From: the human T2T-CHM13v2.0 reference genome, Homo sapiens
NCBI RefSeq assembly: GCF_009914755.1
Contig: NC_060940.1
Length of the DNA stretch: 64,000 bases
Reading direction: 5' to 3' (one strand)
The notes beneath the pieces were generated by a model. It saw only the letters and a program-made list of their open reading frames with translations, was not told the origin of the DNA and did not search any database. Shown one piece after another: positions 1 through 15,766 of the stretch. A program made the position numbers and the translations under genes. The stretch's first letter is position 1. Every line of letters starts with the position of its first letter.

Positions 1-47
1 ATTTGCCCAGAATATTAATGTAAAACATCATGTTTCAGTGTAATCTT

Positions 48-172
48 ATTGGGCAGATTGTAAGTTTCTTGAAGACCATGATTCTGACCAAACTTGCCTC
101 TATATACATAGAACCTACCTCACTATCTAGTACACAGACAGTGCTTGAAGCATTTTTGTGAAATAAAATAAT
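48..172 (+). mobile_element. L2 LINE 3' end remnant
   Basis: Degenerate 'agattgtaagtttcttgaagac...tagtacacagacagtgcttgaagcatttttgtgaaataaa' resembles the L2 3' terminus. Confidence 0.5.
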
Positions 173-489
173 TAAGGACTCTGAATAGATGGTTTATAGG
201 ACCCATGACTATATCAAAGCAGTCTCTCATGTTGAGAAACTCCTTTAGCACATCAGAGATGTCTCTGTCCACCTACCTGGAGGAAGCTGAGAGAAGATAC
301 ACACAGAAGATCCTCAGCCACAAATCTTGCACCATGAGCAATTACACTCAGAGTATTTTATATTAGGAATGAGAAGTGGTAAAGGTTTTTTATAGACATA
401 GGATGATCTGGAATGTGAAATAACTTTGAGGTTGTAATACTGATAGAAATACAAGGACCTTGAAAAGAGGTTTCCACACATTTTTATCT

Positions 490-1735
490 CTAGTAATATC
501 CCTCATCTTGAAATCTACTTTGACTGATAGTAACACAGCCAGTCCAGATTTCTTATGATGTTTCTTTCACATATCTTTTCTTCTTCCAACCTTTTACTTT
601 CAACCTAACTGGGTCTATATATTTAAAAGGCATCTCTTATAGACAACATATAGCTGGGTTTTGTATGTAGTTGGACAATCTCTGCTTTTTAATTCATGTT
701 ATTAGTTCATTTACATTTAACATAATTATTAGTAGGGTTGAATTTGAGTCTAATGTCATGTTTTTGTTTTTTATTTGTTCCTGCTGCCTCCTGTTCCTCC
801 ATTCTTGTCTTCCTAGAATAAATCTACTTTTTCCATTATTTTTAATTGCTGTATTGCTTTTTAGCTATTTCTTTACTTTTTTGTGGTTGCTCTAAAAATT
901 ACAATAGACATCTTTATTTCATTCAAGTCTATGAATAATTTTATATGACTTCATGTAAAATGTAAGAAATTTACAACAGTATAATTTTATCGCCTCATTT
1001 TGGTGCTAATATTGTTCAATATTTCATATGTGCATATGTCATAAATCCCTTCAAATGTAGTTATTTTTTAAAATTTATGTCTTCAGTTGTCCTTAAAAAA
1101 TTAAGGAAAGCAATAAAAGATAATCTCTTACATTTATCCAAATTTTTACTATTTCCAGTGCTTGTCATTCCTTTGAAGTTCTAAAATTCTATCTGATGCC
1201 ATTTCTGCTTCAGCCAGAAAAAAATTCTTAAGCAATTTTTGTGGTGCAGGTTTGCTTGTGACAAATACTCTCAGCTTATGTTTTTCGGAAAATTTTTTTA
1301 TCCAATCCTCATTTCTAAGGTACTTTTTTTTCTGAATATAGAAATATGTGTTGACAGTTGCTTTTGGAGAATTTTAACAATCCTGCTTCATTGTTTCCTG
1401 GCTTCCATTCTTTCTGATGAGAAGCCAGATATCATTTATAGTATGGATCTCCTTTATATACTAAATATTTTTCCTCTGGCTATGTTTCAGATGTTCCTTT
1501 TCATATTTGTATTTCATCAGATAGACTGAAATTTCTAACTATGTTTCTTTTTGTATTTATCCTGCTTGGGTTCCAAGAACTTGGATATGTAAGTTAATTT
1601 CCACCATCTTTGGGGAAATTTTGGCCTTTATTCCTTCAAATAATTTCTCTGTTTTATTATCTGTCTATTTCTGGTACTTCAATTACACACATATTAAACT
1701 ACTTGATATTGTGTCATAGTTCACTGGAACTCTGT
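490..1735 (-). mobile_element. Old L1M (L1MC/ME-class) fragment, ORF1/ORF2-start region
   Basis: T-rich antisense L1 text ('cttgaaatctactttgactgatagtaacacagcc', 'ggcttccattctttctgatgagaagccag'); resumes at ~3490 after nested insertions. Confidence 0.65.
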
Positions 1736-1739
1736 TATA

Positions 1740-3480
<1,741 letters not shown>

Positions 3481-3489
3481 TATTAATTT

Positions 3490-4570
3490 TAAATGATTTC
3501 TAAGGGTCTACACATGAATTCTATTGCTTTGCCTTCAAGTTTACTAACGCTTTCTTTTGTAATCTCCAATCTACTGTTAGCCTATACAGTACCTTTTTTT
3601 AAATTTCAGGTACTGTATTTTAAGTTCTAGAATATCCATTTAGTTATTTTCTATACTTTTTTTGTTCTTTCCTGCTACTACTTCCTATTTGTGCACTCTT
3701 TACAATAATCTTTCCCTCACGTCATTGAACACATGCATAATAATTTTAATTTCAATATCTAGATCATCTGAAGGACAATTTTTAATATTTACATATTTGC
3801 TTGATGGTTGCTTTTTTGCTTCCAATGTCTAGTAATTTGCTATAATATACTGGACATTGCAGATGAAACTAGGTGTCTGGATTATGTTATCTATCTTGAT
3901 TAAAGCTTAAAGGATGCTTAATTTTATTCTCATACAGAGTTAAATTTTTGTTGGATCCTTCTGATACAACAGGTTGATTTTATTCTTTATTAGGGAGGAT
4001 AGATATATTGTGGTTTCTCTTTAGTCATACAGTATGGCTCTTACTTAAGGCAAGGGCCTCAGCCTAAAGAATGGCATTTATGGGCTCTGAACTAAAAGCT
4101 GAGCATCAGCAAAGTCAGTGCAGCCTCTGAGGTCTTCATTCAGCCAGTTCTAGAGCAGCTATTACCTACTGGGCCTTGGAATTTCACCCAGGATGAGTGC
4201 AGCCAGTTCATGGACAAGGATCGGTGGTGAACCCTTGTCTACAGCACAGCTCTGTCCTCTGACAGCCTGTAGCAAAAATTCTAGTTACTTCAGGTCCCTA
4301 AACTCTGATTCTCTTTTCTTTGTTCAGCAAAACTAACTTTTCTGTTTAGCTTCTACTTCTCCCTGGCGTGGTTTGGTAAATCCCAAGGAAACAATCCGAG
4401 GTTAACATGGGCTAACCTCACATGTCTATCTTCTCTGAAGGATCACAGTCTTACTCTATCTATTTTCTAACACCTGAACATATTTCCTCCATTATTTTGT
4501 CTAGTTTTATGGTTGTTTACCATGGGATGACAAACCTAGCACCTGATACACTATTATGGCCAGAGAAAGA
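3490..4570 (-). mobile_element. Old L1M 5' region (continuation of 490-1735)
   Basis: Antisense L1M-like text ending in 'acactattatggccagagaaag', typical of L1ME-class 5' ends. Confidence 0.5.
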
Positions 4571-4944
4571 CTGCATCCATTAACAAAAATAGTAACTGTG
4601 CGAGATTTGCCAATTTCTCTGAAATACTTGAATAACATCTGTGAAAATCCCTGTGAGCAGTATGTGACTATTGTCCAAAAGAAGAGTTAGAATAAGAACT
4701 TGAGAAGAAATTTAGGTTTGCAGATTGAAGTAGCTGAACTCTACAGAAGATAAATTTGTTTAAAAATGTAAGTAAGATGTTTCTGGTTATGGCTCAAACT
4801 AACTCTATGATCTTAGGTAAGTCACTTCAGTCATCTAAATTTCAGCTGTCAAATGGGTATTGTAGGACATATTCTAAAACAATAATACTAATACTATACT
4901 AATAGTAATTTTAATACCAATTTTAATTATAATGCTAATAGTTA

Positions 4945-5165
4945 ACACTAATAGCTTTAATTTATTACATGCTTACAATTTCTGGGCACATGCTTAATTT
5001 AAATGTATGATCTCTGTTAATTCTCATAAAATGCTATAGATATTATTTCACCTCTTTTTGTAGATGAGAAAAATAAAACATAGTTTTGCCTAGGTGACAT
5101 AATTCATGGTTGGTGGAACTAGTATTTGAACCCAGATCTACTGGATTCCAAAGCCCATGTTCTTT
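4945..5165 (-). mobile_element. MIR
   Basis: Core 'tttgtagatgagaaaa...ggtgacata...gtatttgaacccagatctactggattccaaagccc'. Confidence 0.8.
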
Positions 5166-5913
5166 ATCACCATACACTTTGCCTTCTGTGACTGTTACAT
5201 AGACTGATTGGGATCACATCAGACCATATAGAAGAATGCACCCTTACTAGTATGAACCCAGCCACAATTTCTGCTTCCCTTGCTGTTAACCCCTTTCTTT
5301 CCAGTTGTGCAGAATTTAGGACAAGAAGAAACCCAAAAACTAAAGTTGTACACATGAGTCTTGCTAATCAATAAACCTTCAGATGATGGCTTTTGGTCCA
5401 TTATTACTTTCTCTAATAATGTCTAATTTATACATTTCTCACAGGTTGGGTAGGTTAATTTACTAGGGGGAACAAATGAGTAAAAACCTATTAGTCTTTT
5501 TTTTTCTTTTCTCTGCCTCAAAAATTATAATCTTGGATGTTTCTGTGAGGCAATATTAATAATGCATTTATCATTTCAAGCCCTTAACCTCTTAAGTTCT
5601 TCAAACAGAATTAAAAGAATCCTGAACTACTAAATAATTGCATTATGCAGCTGAATGGAGAGAATGAACACCTCTAAAATGACACTAATGTATTTATTCT
5701 CCTCCTGAGAACTTCACTACTCAGAGTGAGGTGGACGCTGTCACTACACTTTGCCTCACAGCTTCTTTGGAACTTCTCCTCAATTAGGCACAGACACTTC
5801 TACCCCTAGCCATCTCTAGACTCACAGCCGTTTTTTCCCCAAAGCAGAAGGCCATACAAATGAAGTGCAAGCATGGTTAATTGCACAGCTTCTCCTTGTA
5901 AACACATTGCTCT

Positions 5914-5945
5914 TTTGTTTGTTTGTTTGTTTGTTTGTTTGTTTG
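5914..5945. repeat. (TTTG)8 microsatellite
   Basis: Direct reading. Confidence 0.95.
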
Positions 5946-7175
5946 TCTTTCTCTTCTCTGGTAGTTATTTGAGGCATGAGGACATATCTATTGAGCTTGT
6001 GCTTCAATGTATATCATTTTGCCAGTGACTTCTTAACCTAATCTAGCCTAGCCTAGTTTCAGCAGCTAAAGACTTTCACCACAGGGGCTTACTTTGCCCA
6101 CTTTGGGGACCAGTGCCACTCAAGCTTAAGAATAGCTCACAAGACTGATCGCTACCTTCAGTGGAGTCTGGAATTCGTCTTGCTACCCTAGAATGTGTAT
6201 ATAGGGCACAGTCCCGACTCATTAATATTCACTCTTTCACAAACAGCTGGTTTCTTTTCTGCATCTTTCAATCTCATCTTATCTCTTCTCCATGAACAAA
6301 GGTCTACTTGGTTGGCATTCTAACTTCTCAGCATTTACCAAGTCCTGACTTGTTGGGTACTAAAGACCACCTTTTCTATCCATCTCACATCTGGCTAATT
6401 GTAGACACTTTCTTTCATTCATTCAAAAGCTGAATAAGTGATTTCATGGATGATTGCCTGAATGCCATCCTACCCAGATTCTCTGCAAATGATGGCTGGT
6501 GAAGTATCTTAACTTATGAATACAAGTACAGCTTTGCAGGGGGTTCTCCAGTCAGAGTACAGGGCCTTTCCTCACTGCCATTATTTTAATTTTATTCAAC
6601 TGATCACTTTATCTGGCCTCTGTATTCCCCTGGCTGCCCACCTGCCTGGTGGCCAAGCCCAAAACTATGGTGATAAACTCTGAAGAATCATTTCATGATG
6701 CCCATACATTTGGATGGACATTGCACATATATTTAATTAGAAGAACGAGTCTTATTAGTAACTGAAATGCATTTTTCATCCACAAAGAATCTAAATAATG
6801 TCTACAAAATATGCTCTTTCACATTTTTCATAAGTTGTCTTCTCAGTCCATACAGATCCAGCTCAGATAAATAGTCCAAGTTCCTTTTCTTTATCTTATT
6901 TTTCCCTCTTTTCCTCTGCCATTATTACTCTAAGCCTTATCCTATGCCTCTGTTTGTATCCCAGGATACTGACTTATCCTTAAGGTGTAAGTCTTTCAGA
7001 AACCCCAGACAAGAATAGCTGCAAGACAAACTCACCTTTCTCCTTTTCATGGAAATGGACTCTTATAATTAATTTCCATTGTTTTTATCCTAACAAAGTC
7101 TCTGCCATTTTATTGTTCCTCCCCAAAGAGCATCTCCACACAAATCTTGGGAGAGTAATGGTAAAGACATGAGTG

Positions 7176-7455
7176 GGCCGACCTGTAATGCCAGCATTTT
7201 GGGAAGGGCAAGGCGGGTGGATCATCTGAGGTCAGGAGTTTGAGGCCAGCCTGGTCAACATGGTGAAACCCCGTCTCTACTAAAAATACAAAAATTAGCC
7301 AGGCACGGTGGCGGGCACCTCTAGTCCCAGCTATTAGGAAAGCTAAGGCAGGAGAATCATTTGAACCCGGAGGCAGAGGTTGCAGTGAGCCGAGATAATG
7401 CCACTGCACTCCAGCCTGGGTGACAGAGACACTGTTTCAAAAAAAAAAAAAAAAA
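7176..7455 (+). mobile_element. AluS with 15-nt deletion near the 5' end
   Basis: Alu dimer with poly-A; TSD aaagacatgagtg (7163-7175) / aaagacacgtgtg (7456-7468); starts ggccg-acctgtaat. Confidence 0.95.
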
Positions 7456-9582
7456 AAAGACACGTGTGAATGGTATAGAACATTCTATTTGCCTTCTTGG
7501 ATTGTCTACCAGGGACTTTGTGAAGTTTGCTTTGAACACTATTCAAGATTCATAACACCTTTCTGTACTTTCTTCTCACTTTATTTCTGGATAACTAAAG
7601 TAGATGTTTGGACACTTGGGAAGGACACAACGGTGTTCTTATTTTATGAAATGACTACCTGAGGACAACTAAAGTTAGACAATTCATCTAAGGTCCTATA
7701 AAAAATGTGTAATTTCAGAACACTAGGATTATCTTTTTTTATTTCTTTTTTATCTTCTTCATAGGCAACCTATGTTCTGGGGCAAGTATAGAGTGCAGTG
7801 TCAGCTGTCCAAGCACTTTCTCTATAGACTCAAGGCATACACACATGGAAATTCTCCCCTGTTTCAGACACTGCAAGAGTGTTTTATGATTGTGAACTTG
7901 AGGTTCGTCCTACCCTTGACAATGCAGATTCTTAAATAAAGGCATAAGAAGTTCTACAGCATATGTTCAACTTCCATAGATCTCACTATCTGGAAATAAA
8001 CTTTATTTTAGTTAAGATTCATCTTGTTCTGGTGCCAATTCATTCTACTTAACTACAGAAGAGTGACAACAATATATTTCCTCAAGAATTCTCTAACAGT
8101 TGCCATCATGTTTGTAGTGCTATTCATTCAGTTTCCAATTGTTCCTTGAAAAAAACTACTGGATTATCTACATTTGACACATAAGGACACAAAGGCTTGG
8201 GAAAATTTATTAACTACTTCAGAGCTGTGTGGCTTATAAATAACAAATGATGACTCTAGAATCTAGGATTATCTTATCCCAAAGCTGAAGTGTTTCACTG
8301 AACTACCTTAGAAAAAGTTATTTTAGTTCTCATGTATTGCTATTTTCATAGTTTATCTTAATTTTTTTCTTCATTTTGCTCCATAAAGAAAATATAGGAA
8401 AAAAAATATGGGGAAAAGGGAAACACACACACACACAAGGAAAGAGAGAGAGAGGCTTCCTATAATCTCTACTTCCAAACCAAAGCATATTATTTTTAGG
8501 AGAAATCCTAGCTGTTTGATAGCCACCAAGAGAAACCACTTCCATTAGAAACCCAAGAGCAGTGATTACAGGTGATTGGAGAGCATTCTCATTGGCTGCT
8601 GTGTTTGGATTGCTCTTCTGTCTTAATCATAAATGACCTGACCATTGAGTGGCGAAATTCTACTCCTAATATGAGCCGAGTGCCTCTCATATCAGCATAT
8701 CTTGTGAAGCGAATTAGCCATCTAATAGCTAACAGGCTGATGTGGAGAGAAGTCAAATGTAACATAGATTTCCCAGGAGGCTTCAAAGTAGATCAAGTAA
8801 CACTAAAATAAAATTGTCAAACTAGAAAATGATTCTCGTCAGAAAAATTTTTCTCCCCTATAAATAAATGGCTTAGACCAGTTCAAGAATGATCATAAAC
8901 CATGGAAGACCTAGCATAGTGTGGTTCCCAAAGTGATTGTTGCCATTTTCTATAGTTGTCCATAACATGTGGCTGGTCATTTGAAGACTGGGAACTCATT
9001 TATGCTTGAGAATTCTCCCCATTCCATGTCTATTACCCATCCCTTTCAGCGAGGCAGAAATAACAATGATAAGACTGGCCCCCAGCTTCCTGCAATTCTA
9101 CTGCCTGGAGAATGTTTAAGAGACTTGTACCAGAACTTGCAAGGTTGCTTTTGCCCAGCTACAGGACTTTCCACCTTGTTCAGAGACTGCCAATCATAAG
9201 CATATGGGAAAAAATAGCAATTCCAATAATTATTAAGAGTACTTGCTCCCCTATTACCTATAAGGGAAATCTTGTAAATCATGTTATCATGAACAATATA
9301 TTAATAGCATTCAGAGTCATACAGACCTTGGCTTGAATCTTAGCTATCTGTCTTTGAAAAAAGCAACTTCCTTTTGAGTATTAGTAACCTTATGTATTTA
9401 ATGGGGTCACAAATTCTTAATTCTGTTATGAAAATATCGATACAATTCTAAAGCTAACATTTACTAAGTGTTTGCTCTGTGCCAATCACAACACCAAGTA
9501 CATAACATGTACTCTCATTTAGTCTTCACAAAAACCTCTTTTATATTACCTTTATCCTTTTTTACATGAAAAGCTGAGATTT

Positions 9583-10160
9583 GTTTTATTTTATCTATTT
9601 TAGATTCAGGGGGTGCACATGCAGGTTTGTTACATGAGTATATGGTATGATGCTGAGGTTTGAGCTTCTACTGATCCTGTCACTCAAATACTGGATATAG
9701 TACCCAATAGGTAGTTTTCAACCCTTATCCCCTCCCACACTCTTCCCTCCAGCAGTCTCCAGTGTCCATTGGTCCCATCTTTATGTCCACGTGTACCAAA
9801 TTTTAGCTCCCACTTATAAGTGAGAACATGCAGTATTTGCTTTGCTGTTCCTGTGTCAATTCACTTATGATAATGGCCTCTAGCTGCATCCATGTTGCTG
9901 CACTGGACATGGTTTTGTTCTTTTTATGGTTGCATTGTATTCCATGGTATATATCACATTGTCTTTATCCAATCGACCATTGTGGAGGACCTGGTTTGAT
10001 TCCATGTCTTTGCTATTGTGAATAGTGCTGTAATAAACATATGAGTGCTGGTGTCTTTTTTGGTAGAATAATTTATTTTCCTTTGGGTATATACCCAGCA
10101 ATGGGATCGTTGGGTCAAATGGTAGTTCTATCTTTAGTTCTTTGAGAAATCTCTAAACTG
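9583..10160 (-). mobile_element. L1PA16/L1PB-like 3' end inserted in a MIR
   Basis: 'gcaggtttgttacatgagtat...gctcccacttataagtgagaacatgcagtatttg...gggtatatacccagcaatgggat'; ORF 9880-10101 is L1 ORF2 C-terminus-like; MIR sequence on both sides. Confidence 0.9.
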
Positions 10161-11344
10161 GAGAAGGTGAGACTTAGAGATGTTAAGGTTAGAGATGATG
10201 TATGGTTACTGTGCTATTACGTGGCAGTGCAATAATGCAAACTTTCATATTCCTGCTCTGTAATTCTTTAAACTCTGATGCAATGAATTCAATACCATCA
10301 TTTTGCAAATTGGTGGGGATGTTTGAAGAATTAAGTTTAAAGGATTAGCTAGTGAGTGTCTGTCTTGAATTGGACTGGGATGGCCAAGGCTAACCAGTGT
10401 GTCTGACTCGTGGGGAATCCCTAAACCTAAGTTTTTCTTTCACTCTCAAAATAATTACACACCATCCTGACAGACAGGAGTCTGTGTCATTAACTGGGAT
10501 GCTGAGCTTTTCAATTTAGGGAAGAAGGATCTGCAGCTCTGAATTTCCTAAGATGGTTGGACCATCTGGTCTAAATACATATTGACATCACAAGGCATAA
10601 AACCTGAAACACAACAGAAATTATTCCCTTTGCAAAACAAATGCTAGAGGGAGAAATCACAGAGTAATTCCACCAAATTTTGCAACAAGTCTCACAAGAC
10701 TGTGCGTGTTAATTGCTTGTAGCTGCAGGTTAATACTGCCAGTTCCTATGTGGCAGCTAAGTGCCAAATGGCAGGCCCTTCAATCACAGAATTACTGACA
10801 TTTGGGGCTGGAGAGGCCCCTAACACCAAGGCATCCCTTCCATTTTCCACCCATACAGCCCATTCCTCAAGACTAGTCTTAAGTCTTTTTGGCTAGTTGA
10901 GTTTGAGTGTTGAGGTTTGTCCAGAGAAGTCATTACTTCATTGTAGATTTAACTGTGGGGCGATGCTTTATTTGGTTCAAACTATTGTGTTATTTGCTCA
11001 GTTTCACTCATTAATTCTAGCTTCTCTTGAGAATGCTTGGTCTCTCACATATTTAAGCCCTCGGCTTGGTATGCCAAGTCCACCACTGATGTGAGGGGTG
11101 ACCGTAGGAAGCTTATTTCTTCTCTCTGGTCCCTCGTTGTTTTGCCTGCAAAATAGAATAATTGGAAGAGATGATATCTAAGGTCGCTGTTTCTTTCTTT
11201 TTTTATTTCCTTTTTGTTTTTCCCTTCATTTTTTATTTTATTTCATTTTTGTTTGTTGTTTTGTGCTCCATCTCTGCCCTTCTCTCTCCTTCTTGCCGTA
11301 TTCTATAACTACACTGAAATGGTCAATTCCTCATCCTGTGACCC

Positions 11345-11541
11345 CTAGCTACACTGGAGCCAGCTCTTACCAACTTAGATAAGCCAAGTATGCTCATTTC
11401 TTCCAAACTTTGTGACCAGCGATGTCTCCTTGGTAGCTTGAAATCAGCCAGTATGGAATTCAGCAAAGGTGACAAACTGCAGCTTGCCCTCCCCACCTTT
11501 TCCAGACAGCCCATTGTCACACATTTACCAGCACACCATTG
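11345..11541 (+). mobile_element. MER63-like hAT-Blackjack DNA transposon fossil
   Basis: 'ctggagccagctcttacc...ttggtagcttgaaatcagcca...acatttaccagcacaccattg'. Confidence 0.75.
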
Positions 11542-11734
11542 CTGTGAACACTTTCTGAATAGAGTCTTGGCATAACTAACCCTCTCTAAGTTAAAATAAC
11601 TATGAGCAAAATACATTTTTAAAAAAACACAAGGTTAGATTATCCAACTTTAAAGAGCTCACCTACGTCCAGTACTTGGTGGGGTGGGGGGACTTATATT
11701 GAAAGAAAGGGTGAGTATAGGCAGGGGAAGGGTT

Positions 11735-11935
11735 TTTAACCAGTTTTGAGCATTTTCTATGTACCAGGAATATGTTTTCTTAAGCAATCCTCACTACAGC
11801 TTTAAAAGATAGGTTTTAGCTTTCATTTTACATATGAGGAAACTGAGGCTCTGCAAGATTAAGCACATTGCCAGACTCACAGAACTGGTAAGTGACAAAA
11901 GGCTGCTGCTCAGTGACAGTCTGAAAGCTCAGCAC
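11735..11935 (-). mobile_element. MIR
   Basis: 'catttta catatgaggaaactgaggctctgcaagattaag...cacagaactggtaagtgac'. Confidence 0.8.
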
Positions 11936-13369
11936 CATTTATGTTTTTGCTCCTTTTAGCAAATGTCAAAGGTGTAGAATAAAACCAAACATCCTTGAGT
12001 TCACACAAAATCCATCCAGACCATTCAGCGAGAAACAACTAGGGATAACTAAAGATCCCATAAATACAGGCTCAGAGAGGATTTCAGGCTCACCTTATTT
12101 GGGATTTTGGAGGTGGTCATTTCACAGATCAATGTAAAGTTTAGAAAAAGAAATTAACTTGTGGACTTTATATTTGAAAAGCTTGAGTCCATATGTCTAG
12201 AATGGTCAGTTGGTTTTAATATCTTGAAGTACACTCAAGTTTTCTTAATTATTACTTTCTGCTTTAGAAAAAAATGTGAAGGTAATTTGGAGGAGGGGTC
12301 TTACTCAAAGTCCCCTGTAGACCTCTCTGTAACTTCACCTGCCCTAAACTTAGGGTCACTGTGACTTTCACATGGAATAGCTTGAACTCAAACCCTAATA
12401 TATTGACTCTAAATCACATAGTTTTTCAGCCACCACACCAAGATGCTTTGCCATTATGGAAGGGAAATCATTGCCATTAATATCTGTGTCTAAGACACTC
12501 TCATCTGCAGCAACATCCCCCATACTGGTAAATTTCAGCACATCCCAGAATAAGGCATTAATTTGCTTCCTCTTTTTACCATTTTGATGCTCTCCCCCTG
12601 CTAATGGGAAACAGAAATGCTGGTCACAACAGGAGACCTCCAGGCAGAACATGGATGTACTCTTCAAAGGCATGGAGAAGGGGGGCCTCAGAACCCAGCT
12701 GCCCCACAGATGGGGCTCATTATCCACACTACCCTCCCACATTGAAGGGAGGCCAAGTGAGAGCCACAGAAAATTAGAGGCTTGTGCTGGAGAGGCCAGA
12801 TGTGGAGACAACAGGGACATCCTGTCTCCATTGGCCTGGTCAGTGGGTTTGAGTATTCTTTGGTGTGGCGGACAATGTGGGCTTTTTCCAGCATAAGATG
12901 AAGGGCATGTTAGGAAGGCCTGTTAAGTTAAAAAGTCACAGGAAGTAGTTGCAAAAGAAAATAAAAGCATCATTTCCTAGAGGCTCACCTGTGCAGGTAG
13001 AGAGGGACCCCAAGCAACCGAAGGGACCTGACACTGATTGAGGCTCCACTGTGTGAATAACTGTACTTTAACACACAATAGAGTGGTAATTCTATTTTTA
13101 TTTCTTTCAGAAATCTCCAATCTGGAGAAGCTGAGGCTTAGATATGTTAATTCCTGCCATAGGCTCAGGGACACTGTGACTCAGGACAACATTTTGACCT
13201 GGGGATTATTTTAACATTTTATAAGCAGCAGCAACAACAATGACAACAATAATACCCTAGAGCTCAAAGGGGTACAGTGACTTGGCCAAAGCCACCTGGT
13301 TATAAGACTCAAAGGTGGAACTTGAGCCTGTGTGTTCTTGTGTTCTTAACTCTGAACCTTCGCCCTTTA

Positions 13370-13540
13370 CATCTGTGCTCCTCAGTACAGTCCTTGGACC
13401 AGCTGAATCAGCATCACCTAAAAATTCATGACAAATGCAAATTCCCAGGCCTCACCCCAGACTTGCTAAACAGTCAGAGATGTGCGTTTTAACAAACACT
13501 CCAAGTGATTTGGATTTGCACTAACATTTGGGAACCACAG
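13370..13540. mobile_element. MER5A (hAT-Charlie)
   Basis: 'cagcatcacct...aaatgcaaattcccaggcctcaccccagacttgctaaa...ttttaacaa...ccaagtgatt...tttgggaaccac'. Confidence 0.85.
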
Positions 13541-15766
13541 TTTTCCACCGTGCTACTGCCCTCTGAAGAAGCCCCTAACACTAGTCTCCGTATGTTTCTA
13601 GTCTCTTCTAGTCCCTTTGGATTAAGGCTCTAGTTTTCAGGAACAGAGAAACAGCTCTTCAAGAGTTCTGGGTAGGACACTGTGAGATTTGGCTGTCTTC
13701 AGTGACAGCAAATCACAGTGGAATAACTTTGCACATGGCTCAGCCCAGCTTACTCTGGTTCAGTGGCTGCAGGTGGTGAGATGCAAAGAGGCAAGGGGAT
13801 GGAACATGGCAAATTGCTTTGAGGCAACCAAAATTCCCTCCTGACTTCCTTAGTTCCTGACACACTTGGTACAATGTGCATGCTGGCTTCTCAGCAGATA
13901 TAATGGTGAATGGTCCTGGGGCTTGGATCACAAAGAAATAAACCCTCCAATAATCTTTCATAATCCAAACGCATGCTCTCCCTCCTGGACTATAATTAAT
14001 GAATTAACACTAATTGACCAATGGTCTGGGTCATTCCTATCACTGTGATAGGCCCTGCTTAGGCCAGGTGGTGTTCACATTGTTCATTTATTTTCCTACA
14101 GTTGTTTCAGGCCTTCATTAAAATGCCAACTCTAGAACATGGGAGTTGGCAGTTTTTATAACCAAACATGGCAAATTGAATGTTAAAAAGGCTAAAATCT
14201 CTTCCAGAGTGTTGCAAAAAAGGCATTGAATTAGGAAAGTAGAAATTTGAGTTAAAATATCTCAAGCATTCCCTGGGTACTAGCTGGTATCCAAACAATG
14301 GTCAGTACCAAATCCTGTGAGGAAATAAAAGTTATGGAGTCAGTGCACAGGCTGAGATTCAGGGAGATGATTTAAGGAAGATATACCATAAGGGCCATTG
14401 GCCCTGTGGGTATAATCCCAGGAGATTGAGTTATGGTTGTTCCATAGGCACAGGCTTCCTGGGGTGATTGTTAAAATAAAAGATGTTGACTATTTTTATA
14501 AGTCGTTCTTTATCTACTGATAGGAACCACTGGAATAACAGGATGAAGGGGTCGGGATGGAGGAACTACATTCCCCCATATGCTCTGGGGTTAGTGCAAA
14601 GCAGGTAGAAAAATAAATGAATGTGATAACCCTGGTCAGCTCCCAGACCAGGGTTGCCTATTGTGTTTATTCTGAGTTCCATGTTTTCATGAGATGTTGA
14701 TAAGCTGGATGAAATACAGAGAAGGAAATTATACCTCATGAGAGGCAATGGAAGGACTTGGAGATGTTTTGACTGGATAACAAATAACTTAAGAAGAATG
14801 AGGGGCAAAATCCCTTCTCTTCAAATGCTTCAATCTTAAGGTATGTCCATCATTAAAAATTTTAAGAAAAACTTTGGCCATGTTTGAAAGTATCTGTAAA
14901 TAGGTAACACAATTCCTCATGGTTTCACTATCCCAACACATGGCCTATTTCTATATTTTGCATATTGCCTCTTAGAACTTCCAGTACTTCATTCTCTATG
15001 GCTTCAAAAATGCAATCCGAGGACCAGTGATGAAAATTCCAAGGGGGCCATGTGTATTGCATTACAAATAAGAAGGTCCACATGTTCAGTGCATTACAAA
15101 TAAGAGGGTCTGCATAATCAGAGCCATGTAACACTGGAGTCAGACACTATGCTGGGGATGAGCTCTTTCCTTTTGGAGTTGTTCAAGTATGAACGGAGAG
15201 GGTGTCTGTCAGTAAGGCTGCCAGGAGGCTTTCTGGTGGAGTCACTGTTTGCTCAGGATAGCTTTTACAGTGTCTTCCTACTCATAAGTGTGCACGGGTC
15301 TGTGGTTCCAGTATAGCTATCATACTTCCTTTCCTGAATCATCGTTTCAGAAAGTAAATGGCAAGAATGGAACAAACATGTTTTTCATGCCCTTTGCTTG
15401 CCAGATCTATCCTTTTGGCTCCTTTACATTATCTCTATTCTCAGGACAAACTTTATGAAACACCTATCCATTATTTTTGTATTGCAGATGGGTGTCTTAA
15501 GACAAATTTGCCCCTAAAAAGTAGGACAATGACCAAACTGATCCAAAATTCAAAAGACTCAAAACTGGAGAGTAGCTGAACTACAGAAGTCCTTACCACG
15601 GACAAGAGCCAGTGAGGCTTCAGAGACTTCAGCATCAAGAGTTGCTGGATGTTTACATGTCTATCCCCCATCAGTAAGACTCAACTACCACAACTCTTGA
15701 GATGCCTCCTTCTGCAAATTATTTTTCAGAAGAATCTTATTGGTTTAGTTCAGCCAGTGGACCAGT

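Noticed and set aside
12395-12896. 141-aa ORF and overlapping ORFs
   Set aside because: No recognisable domain, no convincing splice context, and a length within chance expectation for 64 kb in six frames.
14700-15760. Possible L3/CR1 fragments and an MLT1-type LTR split by the HERV-H
   Set aside because: The similarity is too degraded to set family or boundaries by eye.
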